Origin: Lentisphaerota bacterium
GTDB lineage: Bacteria > Verrucomicrobiota > Kiritimatiellia > RFP12 > UBA3636
Reading direction: 5' to 3'
Assembly (NCBI GenBank): GCA_012511845.1
Contig: JAAZFF010000052.1
Span: 1 to 31,340 of the forward strand
Length of the DNA stretch: 31,340 bases
Part shown: positions 1 to 8,059 of the stretch, piece by piece
How the letters are laid out: the number at the start of each line of letters is the position of its first letter
Position numbering within the stretch: position 1 is the stretch's first letter
Program-made: the position numbers and the translations under genes
Notes under the pieces: model-generated
What the model was told of the DNA's origin: nothing
The model's database searches: none
The model's input: the letters and a program-made list of their open reading frames with translations, nothing else

Positions 1-1
1 C

Positions 2-208
2 GGAGACGGTGCACAACGCCGCCCCGAGGCACGTCAGCGGCGCGAAGGCGCACGTGATGGAGATGCCGCCGCTCGCCGCCGTCCGGAAGCACGTCAGCGT
101 CGTGAAGGCGCACGTGATGGAGATGCCGAAGCTCGTCGCCGCCCGGAGGCACGTCAGCGCCGTGAAGGTGCTCGTGATGGAGATGCCGCAGCTCGCCGCC
201 CGGAGGCG
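2..208 (+). repeat. Coding tandem repeat, 57-60 bp unit, ~3.5 copies
   Basis: Units start at 2, 59, 119 and 179. Lines 61 and 121 differ at 8 of 60 positions. Confidence 0.95.
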
Positions 209-367
209 CGTCGCCGTCCTGAGGAAATGACGGAAAAGGAAAGAGAAGATATGCGTAAAAGACGGGCAGAGAATCGTCGCCGTTTCGAAAACATGTCTGA
301 AGAGGAGAGAGCTGAAATGCGCAAGAAGTGGCAGGAAGTCCGCAAGAGCGCTGAAGCCGACAAATAA
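2..367 (+). CDS. 3' part (5'-truncated) of an Arg/Glu-rich low-complexity protein with ~20-aa tandem repeats
   Basis: Frame +2 is open from the window edge to TAA TAG at 365-370 and reads GDGAQRRPEARQRREGARD-GDAAARRRPEARQRREGARD-GDAEARRRPEARQRREGARD-...-MTEKEREDMRKRRAENRRRFENMSEEERAEMRKKWQEVRKSAEADK. Repeat-unit differences are mostly third-position in this frame. A terminator follows. It is not in the ORF track because it lacks a start. Confidence 0.8.
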   Translation, partial: GDGAQRRPEARQRREGARDGDAAARRRPEARQRREGARDGDAEARRRPEARQRREGARDGDAAARRPEARRRPEEMTEKEREDMRKRRAENRRRFENMSEEERAEMRKKWQEVRKSAEADK

Positions 368-395
368 TAGAGTCTGCTGTCAAACAGTTCGCAGT

Positions 396-434
396 ATCCC
401 GTTTCCCGATTTATCGGGAGGCGGGATTTTTTTT
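396..434 (+). terminator. Rho-independent terminator between convergent genes
   Basis: ATCCCGTTTCCCGA-TTTA-TCGGGAGGCGGGAT forms a 14-bp stem with two G-U pairs, followed by a T8 run. Confidence 0.85.
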
Positions 435-1149
435 AATCCCGGGCAATTGTAATCGCCAAAACACGTTCTGCCCCGTTTGCTTTCAATGTGGCAGCACATT
501 CTGAAAGTGTGGCACCCGTGGTCATGACATCATCAATGATCAGAACGCATCTGCCATAAACCCAGGGGAACATTTCTTTTGGTGAAAAGAATGCGTCTGC
601 AACATTTTTCCGACGCTCTTTGGCATCCAGAAACGTTTGTGTTTGTGTATCCCGTTTTCTTTGCAGCACCTGCGGTACATTGGGGACTGCCGCAGAGCGT
701 GATAAATTTTCTGTAAGAAGTCCCGCCTGATTGTACCCGCGCGACTTTTCTTTGGAGGTACTCAGTGGAACAGGGCACATAATATCGATTTTTTCCTTGC
801 TGAAATTTGCAATCATGCAGCCCTGCAGCAATTCGGCAAGCTCCTGCCGCAACCAGGTTGCACGGTTATACTTGAATTTATGTATAAGTGTGCGCACAGT
901 GCCTGTAAATGTGGCAGCACTTCGAGCCATATCGAACCTGGGCGGTGTTCTCCTGCATTGTGTACATGTTGATGCAACAAGCCCTGCTGCAGCAACTTCC
1001 ATCATTATTTTACCGCATACTGAGCAACACTCTATAGCTGGATGCAGCGTTATTGCCGAACGGCATTTGTTGCAGATATGTTTTTCGGACGGTACGCCGC
1101 AAACAGCGCACGAAACGGGGTAGATGATATCCAGCAGGTGTTTAAACAT
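433..1149 (-). CDS. comF: ComF family protein (double zinc ribbon + phosphoribosyltransferase-like domain)
   Basis: N-terminal CxxC motifs (CAVC, CNKC, CSVC, CTQC), then LIHKFKY, RGYNQA and the PRPP-type motif IIDDVMTTGATL. Confidence 0.9.
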   Translation of the reverse strand: MFKHLLDIIYPVSCAVCGVPSEKHICNKCRSAITLHPAIECCSVCGKIMMEVAAAGLVASTCTQCRRTPPRFDMARSAATFTGTVRTLIHKFKYNRATWLRQELAELLQGCMIANFSKEKIDIMCPVPLSTSKEKSRGYNQAGLLTENLSRSAAVPNVPQVLQRKRDTQTQTFLDAKERRKNVADAFFSPKEMFPWVYGRCVLIIDDVMTTGATLSECAATLKANGAERVLAITIARD

Positions 1150-2457
1150 TTATTCAAGTTGTGACAGAATAACTTCAGCACTTCTCGCCAGAGCACCGCG
1201 GTTCTCTTCAACAGCAGCTCCGGCACGGATTCCAAACGAATCACGTGTGGCAGGGTCCTCACACAGCCACATTATCGCATCAGAAAGTTCGGAGGCATCC
1301 GAAACTTCTTTAATAGCATTTTTCTTACGGAATATATCCATGACGGAAGCGAAATTTTCTGTATGGGGTCCTGTAATTACAGCCTTGCCCGCCGATGCCG
1401 GTTCGATCATGTTCTGCCCGCCGATATTGGGCGGCAGGGTTTTCCCCACAAAAACTATATCGGCAAGGGAGTACAGCGGAAAGAGCTCACCGGTGGTATC
1501 AACCATGAGGATTGCATTTTTGTCACCGCCGCTCGGCTCAGTTCCATTTTTCATGCGGCTGCGTCGTTTGACTGTAAAACCGTCTGCTGAAAGTTCTCTT
1601 TCAACTTCATCGCCTCTCTCAGCATGTCTGGGAACAATAACGAGACGAATCTCCGGACTTTTTTCTCTGGCTTTAAGCCATGCTTTTGCGAGTGCAGTTT
1701 CTTCGCCCCGCCAAGTTGAACCGCCCAGCAGAATAGGAGCTTCCGGAGATATGCCCGCATCCTTCAGTGTGCTGCGGGATTTTTCAAGCGCCTCCCGTGA
1801 AGGAGGAGAAATATCAAATTTTACCGACCCCATAACCCTGATAATGTTTTCCGGTGCTCCGGCGGCTATGAGCCGCTCTTTATCAATTTCTGATTGTACG
1901 AGCATTTTTGAAAAACATTTGAATACATCACCGAAGAAACACTTCAGTTTCTTGTAGCGGGGCGCCGAGCGATCGGAAATCCTGCCGTTTATAAGAATTA
2001 CAGGGATATCTTTTTTCCGGCAGGTTCGTATGATGTTGGGCCAGAATTCAGACTCTGTCAGAACAAGTGCCTTTGCGTTGATTATATCCAATGAGCGACG
2101 GACAACAGACGGGAAATCTACCGGAAGATATATCAGCACATCATCATCTTGTGCCAGGTTCTCGCATACGCCGTACCCTGTGGAACTTGTAGTGGAAATT
2201 ATGAAGGATTCGTCAGGTGCCAGGCGTCTCAGCTCGTGCAGTACGAGACCTGCAAGATTTGCTTCTCCCACGCTTACGGCGTGTATCCATATACGAGGTT
2301 TTTCTGCAAGTCGAGCTGCTGTTTCAGGAGAGAATTTGCCGAGTCGTTGACCGAAGTTGGCCCTGTAACCTCCTCGCTTTTTCATCCGCATGAAGAACTT
2401 CGGGAGCATCAGAATATACCCGATTCCAAATAAGATGTTGTAGAAAAACCAGCGCAT
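1150..2457 (-). CDS. waaA: 3-deoxy-D-manno-octulosonic acid (Kdo) transferase
   Basis: IWIHAVSVGE, ESEFWPN, INGRISDRS, GSVKFD, IVPRHAER, DTTGEL and GGQNMIEPA motifs. Confidence 0.95.
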   Translation of the reverse strand: MRWFFYNILFGIGYILMLPKFFMRMKKRGGYRANFGQRLGKFSPETAARLAEKPRIWIHAVSVGEANLAGLVLHELRRLAPDESFIISTTSSTGYGVCENLAQDDDVLIYLPVDFPSVVRRSLDIINAKALVLTESEFWPNIIRTCRKKDIPVILINGRISDRSAPRYKKLKCFFGDVFKCFSKMLVQSEIDKERLIAAGAPENIIRVMGSVKFDISPPSREALEKSRSTLKDAGISPEAPILLGGSTWRGEETALAKAWLKAREKSPEIRLVIVPRHAERGDEVERELSADGFTVKRRSRMKNGTEPSGGDKNAILMVDTTGELFPLYSLADIVFVGKTLPPNIGGQNMIEPASAGKAVITGPHTENFASVMDIFRKKNAIKEVSDASELSDAIMWLCEDPATRDSFGIRAGAAVEENRGALARSAEVILSQLE

Positions 2458-2465
2458 ATTAAATA

Positions 2466-3389
2466 TTAATTTTGAATAGATATTCCGGGCAGGGTTACTG
2501 AGAAGTCAAGCTCGGGGGTGTTGTCGGGACCTATTTGCTCGGCTGTATAAATTCTGTTTGTATCAGTGTTATGCCATATCAGGGCTATGCCGTTGTGCCA
2601 GCGCCTGCGCATGAAGCGTTCGCTGTGATGTTCGCGCGGGGCATTAAACAGGATTCTTCTGGCATCATGTCCGTTTACACGGCATGGTTTTGCGTTATCA
2701 ATAATAATGGAGTGTGAACGCAAGATCGGGCGATAGAAATCAGTCAGTTCCCTTCCGTCGAAGATCATGCTTGCCATTCCCCATCGGCGAAATACTGTTT
2801 TGCGTTTCGTCAATTCACTTTCAAAGTTCATCATTACGTTTGCAGGCAGCACAATGATGTCCTCAATTTTGTAATCCCACGGCAGCTTGCAGTGAATCCC
2901 ATGCAGGTTGTATTCACACAGATCTTCGTCATCATTGAAATCAAACGATTCAAGTATCGGATAGATCGTATCGGTGCGACCGGTCCGATCTGAATATCCT
3001 TCAAAAATCCAGCGTATCAGATGATTGCTTTCAGGGTTGTAAGCCATCGCCTGGCATGGAGTCTCATCATCAAGCCATCCGAGTAAAAAGTTGGAAAAAG
3101 TTTCAGTACTTATATCGGTTGATCTGAGATTCCGGGCGTTGGATTTACCCAATATATTGTTTACAATGAAAGCCGTCATTGTCGTCAGTCTGTCGGGCTC
3201 TCTTTTACAGGGCTCCCAGCTTACCGTTGCCTGCAATCCGTGACGAGTGTTAAATTCAATGCGCCCAACGCGATCTTCAACAGAGTAGGCAGTTATTTCC
3301 CAGTCCGACGGTACTTTTGCCCTGACATGGTGCCATGCGAACTGATTCCAGTTGTTTTTACGGTTTTGTTTTTTACCGGTTTTTTTCAT
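2466..3389 (-). CDS. Hypothetical protein with apparent internal two-domain duplication
   Basis: 307-aa ORF co-oriented with and 8 bp upstream of waaA. No family recognised. Confidence 0.8.
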   Translation of the reverse strand: MKKTGKKQNRKNNWNQFAWHHVRAKVPSDWEITAYSVEDRVGRIEFNTRHGLQATVSWEPCKREPDRLTTMTAFIVNNILGKSNARNLRSTDISTETFSNFLLGWLDDETPCQAMAYNPESNHLIRWIFEGYSDRTGRTDTIYPILESFDFNDDEDLCEYNLHGIHCKLPWDYKIEDIIVLPANVMMNFESELTKRKTVFRRWGMASMIFDGRELTDFYRPILRSHSIIIDNAKPCRVNGHDARRILFNAPREHHSERFMRRRWHNGIALIWHNTDTNRIYTAEQIGPDNTPELDFSVTLPGISIQN

Positions 3390-3460
3390 GGCACTTTATT
3401 CTGACTCATTTATTGTTTTTGTACAAGCTGCAAGATGCTGGAGCACTAGTATATATAATA

Positions 3461-4294
3461 TCAATTGATATCTGCAAACTCTGAAATACGGGCAACGGGA
3501 GGCGGATCCTGCGCTGTTGACCTCGGATAGTGTACGTCAGGTTCACCAAAGAGCATCACGTAGGACAGGGAATAGCCGTCCGGGATACGCAGTATTCTGC
3601 GGGAGTCTTTCTCCAGCAGCGAGAAGGCTCTGAAGCCGAATCCGCACCATGTTGTGCCCAGACCGAGACTCTGAGCCATTGTTTCGAATTGTGCCAGTGC
3701 TATAATCGGGTCTATTTCTCGGCATACAGAGTCGTCTTTGGCAGAAACAGCAATCAGGTGGGGGGCGTTTGAGAAAACTACATCGCCACCTGCCTGAAGA
3801 ATTGCCCTGCGAAGTTTCACCCATTTGAAAGGGGCGGGGAGGGTGTTGTTTTCCAGCATTTCCAGCAATGAGGTTCTGACAAATGAGCGTATTTGATCCA
3901 TTGTCTCCACGTTTGAGACAATTGAGAAATGCAGACCCCTGTCGTTGTGCCCTGTTGGAGTCCACCTCAGTACATCCTGCAATGCCCGGAGCTTTTCTTC
4001 TGATACATTTGCGTGTTTGTATTGCCTGCATGAGCGCCTGAACTGATAAAGAGACGCCACTTCATCAGATTGTGGCAGAGTCCTGACTGTTCCACAATCT
4101 TCGGGCGTCTTGCCGTGGATGGAGAGTGCTCCTTCCGGGCACACAGCCAGGCAGTGGAGGCATTTGATGCATGTTTTTTCTCCGAATCGGGCGACACCGG
4201 GAATTCCGTTGTTCATTTCCAGTGAATTTGCGGGGCAGTCTTTTACACAACTTCCGCATCCGATGCATTTTTCTGTGTCGATAATTAAATTCAT
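3461..4294 (-). CDS. Nitroreductase family protein with N-terminal 2x[4Fe-4S] ferredoxin domain
   Basis: CIGCGSCVKDCP and CIKCLHCLAVCP, followed by RRSCRQY, PTGHN and LGTTWCG nitroreductase motifs. Confidence 0.92.
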   Translation of the reverse strand: MNLIIDTEKCIGCGSCVKDCPANSLEMNNGIPGVARFGEKTCIKCLHCLAVCPEGALSIHGKTPEDCGTVRTLPQSDEVASLYQFRRSCRQYKHANVSEEKLRALQDVLRWTPTGHNDRGLHFSIVSNVETMDQIRSFVRTSLLEMLENNTLPAPFKWVKLRRAILQAGGDVVFSNAPHLIAVSAKDDSVCREIDPIIALAQFETMAQSLGLGTTWCGFGFRAFSLLEKDSRRILRIPDGYSLSYVMLFGEPDVHYPRSTAQDPPPVARISEFADIN

Positions 4295-4377
4295 GAGGCT
4301 TTACTCCATGTATGATGTAACGTCTTTAATGAAGGAATGGTGAATCCTGAAATTGAAATATTTTGCGGCGCATGGTA

Positions 4378-5352
4378 TCAGAGATTATGCGCCCAGTCAA
4401 AAATTGCAAACAGACCTTCCGATTTGCCGTGAAGGAGGTTGTTGTATACGCTCTGGCAATCATCAGGGGAAAACTGTTTTATAAGTCCATCTGTTTTCAC
4501 ACGTCCTTCGGCTAGCCAGCGCAGTGCCGTGGCGAATCCGGTGTTGAGGCTGTGTGGAGTCTGGTCTGTTGCATATTTCGAAAATTCCCACTCCCACCCG
4601 CTGCGCAATATTACGTATTTGTGGAAAACGAGAGAGAGCAGTTCGTGGGCGCTGGAATCGCTGTGGCGAAGCCAGGGTACACCAATCAGCACTACTTCGC
4701 CGCGTTTTCGTACCACCTTGCAGCCATCAATTGCAGGCTGTTCGTATCCTGAACATTCTGCAACAAGCGCTACTGTACCGGCGATATCAGGATCGTTATG
4801 CGGGATATCTGAAAACACCTTTTTGATGCCCGACTGCACTATGTTGCGTCTGCGTGTTTCATCCGGTTCTGCAACCATCACATCGTATCCGCTTATGGCG
4901 AATATTTGAGCTGCCATGTATCCTACGGGACCGGCACCGGTTACGAGAACACGATCGCCCGGGCGGGCAGCAGTGGTGGCAAGTGTAGTCATGGAAACAC
5001 CCATTAATCTAGCGAGAACTGCTTCCTGCGGGGATAAGCCGGGAGGGACGGGGAAGACGTCCATCGCATTTGTTTTCTGGAAACTTCTATGAGGTCCCAT
5101 GCAGAAGTACAGTCCGCCAGTAGTCACATTCTTTACTTCAGAACCTATTTCTTCGGCTTCAAAAACGGCTGCATATCCCGGAAACGAGGGGAATGAATTA
5201 CCTTTGTAATTCCATGCCAGTTCTGTTCCGGGACTTATCAGTGTGCAAACTGTTCTTCCCATTACTTCGTCTGCTCCGAGGGTTTGGGAGTATGAAACTT
5301 CTACAAGCTCCGCATGTTCTCTGGCAGTGATTGATACAGCTCCATGTTTCAT
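4378..5352 (-). CDS. Medium-chain dehydrogenase/reductase (zinc-binding ADH superfamily, ISPGTE subtype)
   Basis: LISPGTE, PGY and the Rossmann motif VTGAGPVG. Overlaps the upstream gene by 4 bp. Confidence 0.85.
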   Translation of the reverse strand: MKHGAVSITAREHAELVEVSYSQTLGADEVMGRTVCTLISPGTELAWNYKGNSFPSFPGYAAVFEAEEIGSEVKNVTTGGLYFCMGPHRSFQKTNAMDVFPVPPGLSPQEAVLARLMGVSMTTLATTAARPGDRVLVTGAGPVGYMAAQIFAISGYDVMVAEPDETRRRNIVQSGIKKVFSDIPHNDPDIAGTVALVAECSGYEQPAIDGCKVVRKRGEVVLIGVPWLRHSDSSAHELLSLVFHKYVILRSGWEWEFSKYATDQTPHSLNTGFATALRWLAEGRVKTDGLIKQFSPDDCQSVYNNLLHGKSEGLFAIFDWAHNL

Positions 5353-6182
5353 AAAGCAATCCCCTCCTCCCCGGCAACGTCACGGATGTAAGCAGCTGCC
5401 TTGCGATATTCAGCGTCATCCGGCAGGTGCTCCAGCATGAGAGGGATATCCGGGTCGAGTTTGTTCAGCTCCCGCACCAGTACACGGTAGTCGAGATTTC
5501 CCAGTCCGGGACGAACTTCATCAAGGTGTACTGTAAGATTCTCCTGAAGCAGGATATCCTTTGCATGGCATGACTTGATATGTGATCCTAGAACAGAGAA
5601 ACATTCTTTTAGTAGCCGATCGGTATTGAAGTATGTCTGCGGACTGCATACAAGGTTTACCGGATCTAGATGAACTGCGAAAGCTTTGCGATCTATGGCT
5701 TTAATGAGGCGCAGATAGGAGTCGACGGAGTCGGGGTACATCCAGGGCATCGTCTCGAGCGTGTAGAAGGTCCGCACGGGATTAACTGTATCTATAATAT
5801 CGCGGACGACGGCAACTATCATTTCAAAAGTTTCTTCTGTGAGATCAGCCGGATGGGGACCGTCCCATTTTTCGCCTCGCGAACCTGCTATATTAACGCA
5901 GCATCGGGCGCCGATTTTGTCGGCAAGTTCCAGTGATGCCTTGCACTTTTCAATTGCCTCGCTTGCAATGTCTGCATCGGGATTCAGCGGGTTGCTCCAT
6001 GCGCCAACCTCGGCAATTACTATATCGGCTTCTGCAGCGGCTTTTTCATATGCTTTTATTGTGTCGCTGTCTGTTTCCGGTTTTAGAGGGCAGTATGCTG
6101 CACCATACCCTTCTGCTTTCACTGCCGCTATCCAGGATTCAGGTGAATCTGCTTTTGTTAAAACGGGACCGCCCAATCTCAT
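5349..6182 (-). CDS. Sugar phosphate isomerase/epimerase (xylose-isomerase-like TIM barrel)
   Basis: Metal-site pattern LETMP, HLDPVN, HAKD and LMLEH. The start is placed at ATG 6182 (GGAG 9 nt upstream) rather than 6191. Confidence 0.88.
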   Translation of the reverse strand: MRLGGPVLTKADSPESWIAAVKAEGYGAAYCPLKPETDSDTIKAYEKAAAEADIVIAEVGAWSNPLNPDADIASEAIEKCKASLELADKIGARCCVNIAGSRGEKWDGPHPADLTEETFEMIVAVVRDIIDTVNPVRTFYTLETMPWMYPDSVDSYLRLIKAIDRKAFAVHLDPVNLVCSPQTYFNTDRLLKECFSVLGSHIKSCHAKDILLQENLTVHLDEVRPGLGNLDYRVLVRELNKLDPDIPLMLEHLPDDAEYRKAAAYIRDVAGEEGIAL

Positions 6183-6274
6183 TTCAATCATCTCCCTGAT
6201 TACATTTTGATTTAAGTTAGAATACTGATTAAGTCTGGAAGTTTAGACTCTCCTTACTTGTACAACATGAGAAC

Positions 6275-6303
6275 ATCATATAATTTAACCGACAAATTCG
6301 CAA
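6275..6303 (-). promoter_or_regulatory. Putative sigma70 promoter for the isomerase-dehydrogenase operon
   Basis: TTGCGA-17 nt-TATGAT on the minus strand. Confidence 0.55.
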
Positions 6304-6327
6304 TTTTTTATTGTGACAAGGATCCCG

Positions 6328-6416
6328 CAAGCCGGTCCAGTGGTCAGTGGGCTGCAGGGGCTCGACTTGCCCGTGCCCGGGACTAAGGTGGCTCATCTGT
6401 CACGGCGGTTGCGAGG
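6328..6416. repeat. Intergenic mosaic repeat block 1 (CAAGCC + heptamers + degenerate REP-like hairpin)
   Basis: CAAGCC at 6328, CCAGTGG-TCAGTGG at 6337-6350 and GCAG-GGGCTCG..CGTGCCC at 6354-6378. CTCATC..CACGGCGGTT-GCG at 6392-6416 resembles 12542-12567. Confidence 0.6.
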
Positions 6417-6427
6417 TGTCGAATTTA

Positions 6428-6456
6428 TTGACTTGTGTGATTTGAAAAATTATCAT
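6428..6456 (+). promoter_or_regulatory. Putative sigma70 promoter for the URO-D-family gene
   Basis: TTGACT-17 nt-TATCAT, with RBS GGAG at 6491-6494. Confidence 0.65.
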
Positions 6457-6504
6457 ATGCCGGCAATTACCTCTTGAGTTTCACTTTGCAGGAGAAGATT
6501 GATC

Positions 6505-7584
6505 ATGACAGAAATAATGCCGATAGCAGCGATTGATGATTGGGACCGCCGTATAGAACGTCAGGATGCCTTCTGGCACTGCCAAATTTTAGATCGTCCC
6601 GTAATCCTCATGCAGGGCAGAAAAGCGAAAACTGTTCCCTGGCCCGTCAAGAAGCACGCCTCAAGCCGTGAGCGCTGGTTTGATGCGGAGTTTATTGCTG
6701 AGCAGACAGCCGTCAGCGTCAGAAATTCTGTATATTTCGGCGACGCCCTGCCACAGAAGATGCCGAATCTGGGTCCGGAAGTGTTTAACGCTTTCCTCGG
6801 TATGGAACTAGATTTCGGTGATTCAACATCGTGGTCGATTCCAAACTTGCACGACTGGGATGACATCGACAGGATTGCTTTTGATCCTGAAAACTTATAT
6901 TGGCGGAAGATGTGCGAAATCACTGATGCACTTTTGTATGCTGGTAAGGATTTGTTTTACGTGGGTTTGACGGATTTTCACCCGGGAGGGGATGCGTGCG
7001 CAGCTTTCAGGGATCCGATGCAATATAATATCGACATGATCGAGTCTCCCGGGGAGGTGAAGCGACTGCTGCGTAAGGTGACCGATCTGTATTTTGAAAT
7101 ATTCGATCTTTCGCACAAGCGTCTTGTTGAAGCAAAACAGCCGTGCTGCACCTGGCTGGGTCCTGTTTCCAAGTACACCTGGTACGTGCCTTCCAACGAT
7201 TTTTCATGCATGATTTCAAAGGAAATGTTTGATGAATATTTTCTGCCGGGAATTATTGAGGAGTGTCGCGAACTTGAGAGGTCAATCTATCACCTTGATG
7301 GACCCGGTGCCCTGCGCCATCTCGACAGTCTGCTTGAAATTCCCGAGTTGAATGCCATTCAGTGGGTTTACGGAGATGGAAACGGGAGGGCTACTGATTG
7401 GATTCCCGTATATCAGAAAATTCAGGCTGCGGGCAAGGGCGTCCATATTTCTGCCGGTCTTGATGAGCTTGACACATTGATGGAGGCATTAAAGCCTGAG
7501 GGTGTGTGGCTTCGGCTTGGAGGCAACTTTGATGAAGATACGGCGCGGGCAGTTTTAAACCGCGTATCAGGCTGGACTAAATAG
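6505..7584 (+). CDS. Uroporphyrinogen decarboxylase (URO-D/CIMS-like) superfamily protein of unknown function
   Basis: PNLGP, SNDFSCMIS, F.EYFLP, IYHLDGPGALRHLDSLLEIPELNAIQW and GKGVHI match the URO-D-like TIM barrel often annotated 'trimethylamine corrinoid protein 2'. ATG 6505 is preferred over TTG 6499 on RBS spacing. Confidence 0.75.
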   Translation: MTEIMPIAAIDDWDRRIERQDAFWHCQILDRPVILMQGRKAKTVPWPVKKHASSRERWFDAEFIAEQTAVSVRNSVYFGDALPQKMPNLGPEVFNAFLGMELDFGDSTSWSIPNLHDWDDIDRIAFDPENLYWRKMCEITDALLYAGKDLFYVGLTDFHPGGDACAAFRDPMQYNIDMIESPGEVKRLLRKVTDLYFEIFDLSHKRLVEAKQPCCTWLGPVSKYTWYVPSNDFSCMISKEMFDEYFLPGIIEECRELERSIYHLDGPGALRHLDSLLEIPELNAIQWVYGDGNGRATDWIPVYQKIQAAGKGVHISAGLDELDTLMEALKPEGVWLRLGGNFDEDTARAVLNRVSGWTK

Positions 7585-7594
7585 TTCGCCTGGA

Positions 7595-7670
7595 CAAGCC
7601 GCGCCAGTGGTCGGTGGTTAGTGGACAGCTTGCTCAGGAGGCGCAGATGTTTCACACAGAGCCGCAGAGG
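7595..7670. repeat. Intergenic mosaic repeat block 2
   Basis: CAAGCC at 7595, heptamers CCAGTGG-TCGGTGG-TTAGTGG at 7604-7624, and TTTCACACAGAGCCGCAGAGG at 7650-7670. Confidence 0.6.
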
Positions 7671-7700
7671 GGGAGAGTTGGGGCATATTTTTCTTTATTC

Positions 7701-7730
7701 TTGCGTATTTGCTTTTTTATCTGGTATAAT
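7701..7730 (+). promoter_or_regulatory. Putative sigma70 promoter with extended -10
   Basis: TTGCGT-18 nt-TATAAT with TG-G-TATAAT, and RBS GGAGG at 7748-7752. Confidence 0.7.
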
Positions 7731-7759
7731 TCCGGCAATACGATAACGGAGGAATTTTA

Positions 7760-7999
7760 ATGAAGATAAAAGCACCATCAAATGAGCCGACACTGAATCC
7801 GGGTCAGCCGACGCTCAATCCGGAAACGCCCCAAAAAGGGGGGGCAGTTATTGCCGGACGCCATCAGCTATCCAGCGTCAGTGATGTAAAGAGAGAGAAT
7901 TTCCAGTGGGCTGCCATTCTTGCCTGCATTGCTACTGTATTGTTCATAGCACTGCTCGTTATGCAGTGGCTTGATTGGGAAGCGCTTAAAATCGCTTAA
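7760..7999 (+). CDS. Small protein with a single C-terminal transmembrane helix
   Basis: Good promoter and RBS. 79 aa with a PTLNP duplication and the hydrophobic segment WAAILACIATVLFIALLVMQW. Confidence 0.75.
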   Translation: MKIKAPSNEPTLNPGQPTLNPETPQKGGAVIAGRHQLSSVSDVKRENFQWAAILACIATVLFIALLVMQWLDWEALKIA

Positions 8000-8059
8000 C
8001 CTGCAATGAACGTCAGCTTTACTCTGCTGGCTGCCTGTTGCATAAAATAATTTAAAGGC

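Noticed and set aside
2-230. 60-bp periodic repeat as a CRISPR array, and track ORFs 9..230 (+) and 154..363 (-)
   Set aside because: There are no unique spacers, variation is synonymous in frame +2, and no cas genes are present. The listed ORFs are alternative-frame shadows.
6457-6504. Cobalamin or other riboswitch ahead of the URO-D-like gene
   Set aside because: The leader after the predicted -10 is under 50 nt and shows no B12-box or other recognisable aptamer.
7760-7999. Small protein as an Flp pilin
   Set aside because: It lacks the G|xxxxEY prepilin motif, and the hydrophobic helix is C-terminal.
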